DNA of 64,000 nt from the NCBI GenBank assembly GCA_002633005.1, contig NMRA01000224.1:459642-523641 (forward strand), written 5' to 3'. Of the stretch, positions 63,361 to 64,000 are shown piece by piece. Within the stretch, counting starts at the first letter, position 1. Each line of letters opens with the position of its first letter. The DNA comes from Phoronis australis. Lineage: Eukaryota; Animalia; Phoronida. The notes under the pieces are model-generated. The model did no database searches, was not told where the DNA came from, and saw only the letters and a list, made by a program, of their open reading frames with translations. A program made the translations under genes and the position numbers.

Positions 63361-64000
63361 CTTGTCAGTTGCTTTACCAATATTCTGTTCAGTGTCGAGG
63401 ATACGAACGGAACTCTAATGACAAGAACGACAACTGTCGTGTATTCAGCCAATTTTGAATAACAGGAAACTTGCTCCCAAAGTACAGCCAGTATATGTGT
63501 ATGTAAACCTTTACATGTAGAACAAAAGAATCTGTTCGCAGACCAGGAGACGTCTCAAAACTAATAAACGCAATAAAGTCGTTCCAAAATATTTCCAGTT
63601 GCCAAGAAACGAGTGTTTCGTCAAATCTGGCAATTGTTGAACTTTAGAAACAAAACTTCCAAGCGGCCCAAGAAAATCTTTAGCTTCCTACCAACTTGAG
63701 GTGACAACTTCTCCATCCAATCCATTGCTTCCATAGTTTGGTTTCTCGAATTTTGCTGATAATTATCTCCAAATAAGGTCAAATGAAATTTCAATTTACA
63801 TAACAAACCAAATTGTTATCACAGTTCCGTTGTTCTGAATGTCATTTCTTCTAGTGAAATTGGTGTTTGTTTAGAGTGACCCACCGCAGTGGAGAGCCGT
63901 AGTAATTCTCATTGTCACAACTCTAAGAAAACTATTATACTATACTTACAGATAATTTAGGCGAAAACCCTTTACTATGCGAATGTTTGCTAAAAGAGTG

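Noticed and set aside
63560-63900. LRR-like words (LEVLFLKFNN, ISLEEMTF) as upstream exons
   Set aside because: In-frame stops and no consistent splice sites.

Overview
AT-rich eukaryotic (metazoan, probably marine invertebrate) genomic DNA with two large assembly gaps. A single multi-exon gene on the minus strand runs from beyond 61240 to about 11431. It encodes a receptor tyrosine kinase whose FGFR/RET-type kinase domain and FGFR-like exon layout are joined to an ectodomain of leucine-rich repeats, an LRR-CT cap and Eph-like Cys-rich repeats. The 5' exons were not found and one donor site is unresolved. Introns and flanks hold many mostly defective transposons. A 16.7-kb intron contains a nested stack: a non-autonomous Academ carrying a Kolobok-type element and a full-length AcademX, which itself carries a CR1/L2 LINE. 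Elsewhere are THAP-bearing Kolobok elements, Penelope-like elements with hammerhead-ribozyme motifs (one preceded by a tRNA-Leu-like sequence), RTE and RTEX LINE fragments, a mini Polinton-like element, a Helentron/DINE-type element with eight phased CTCF-like motifs, and several MITEs. All calls come from reading the sequence by eye; no database search was run.
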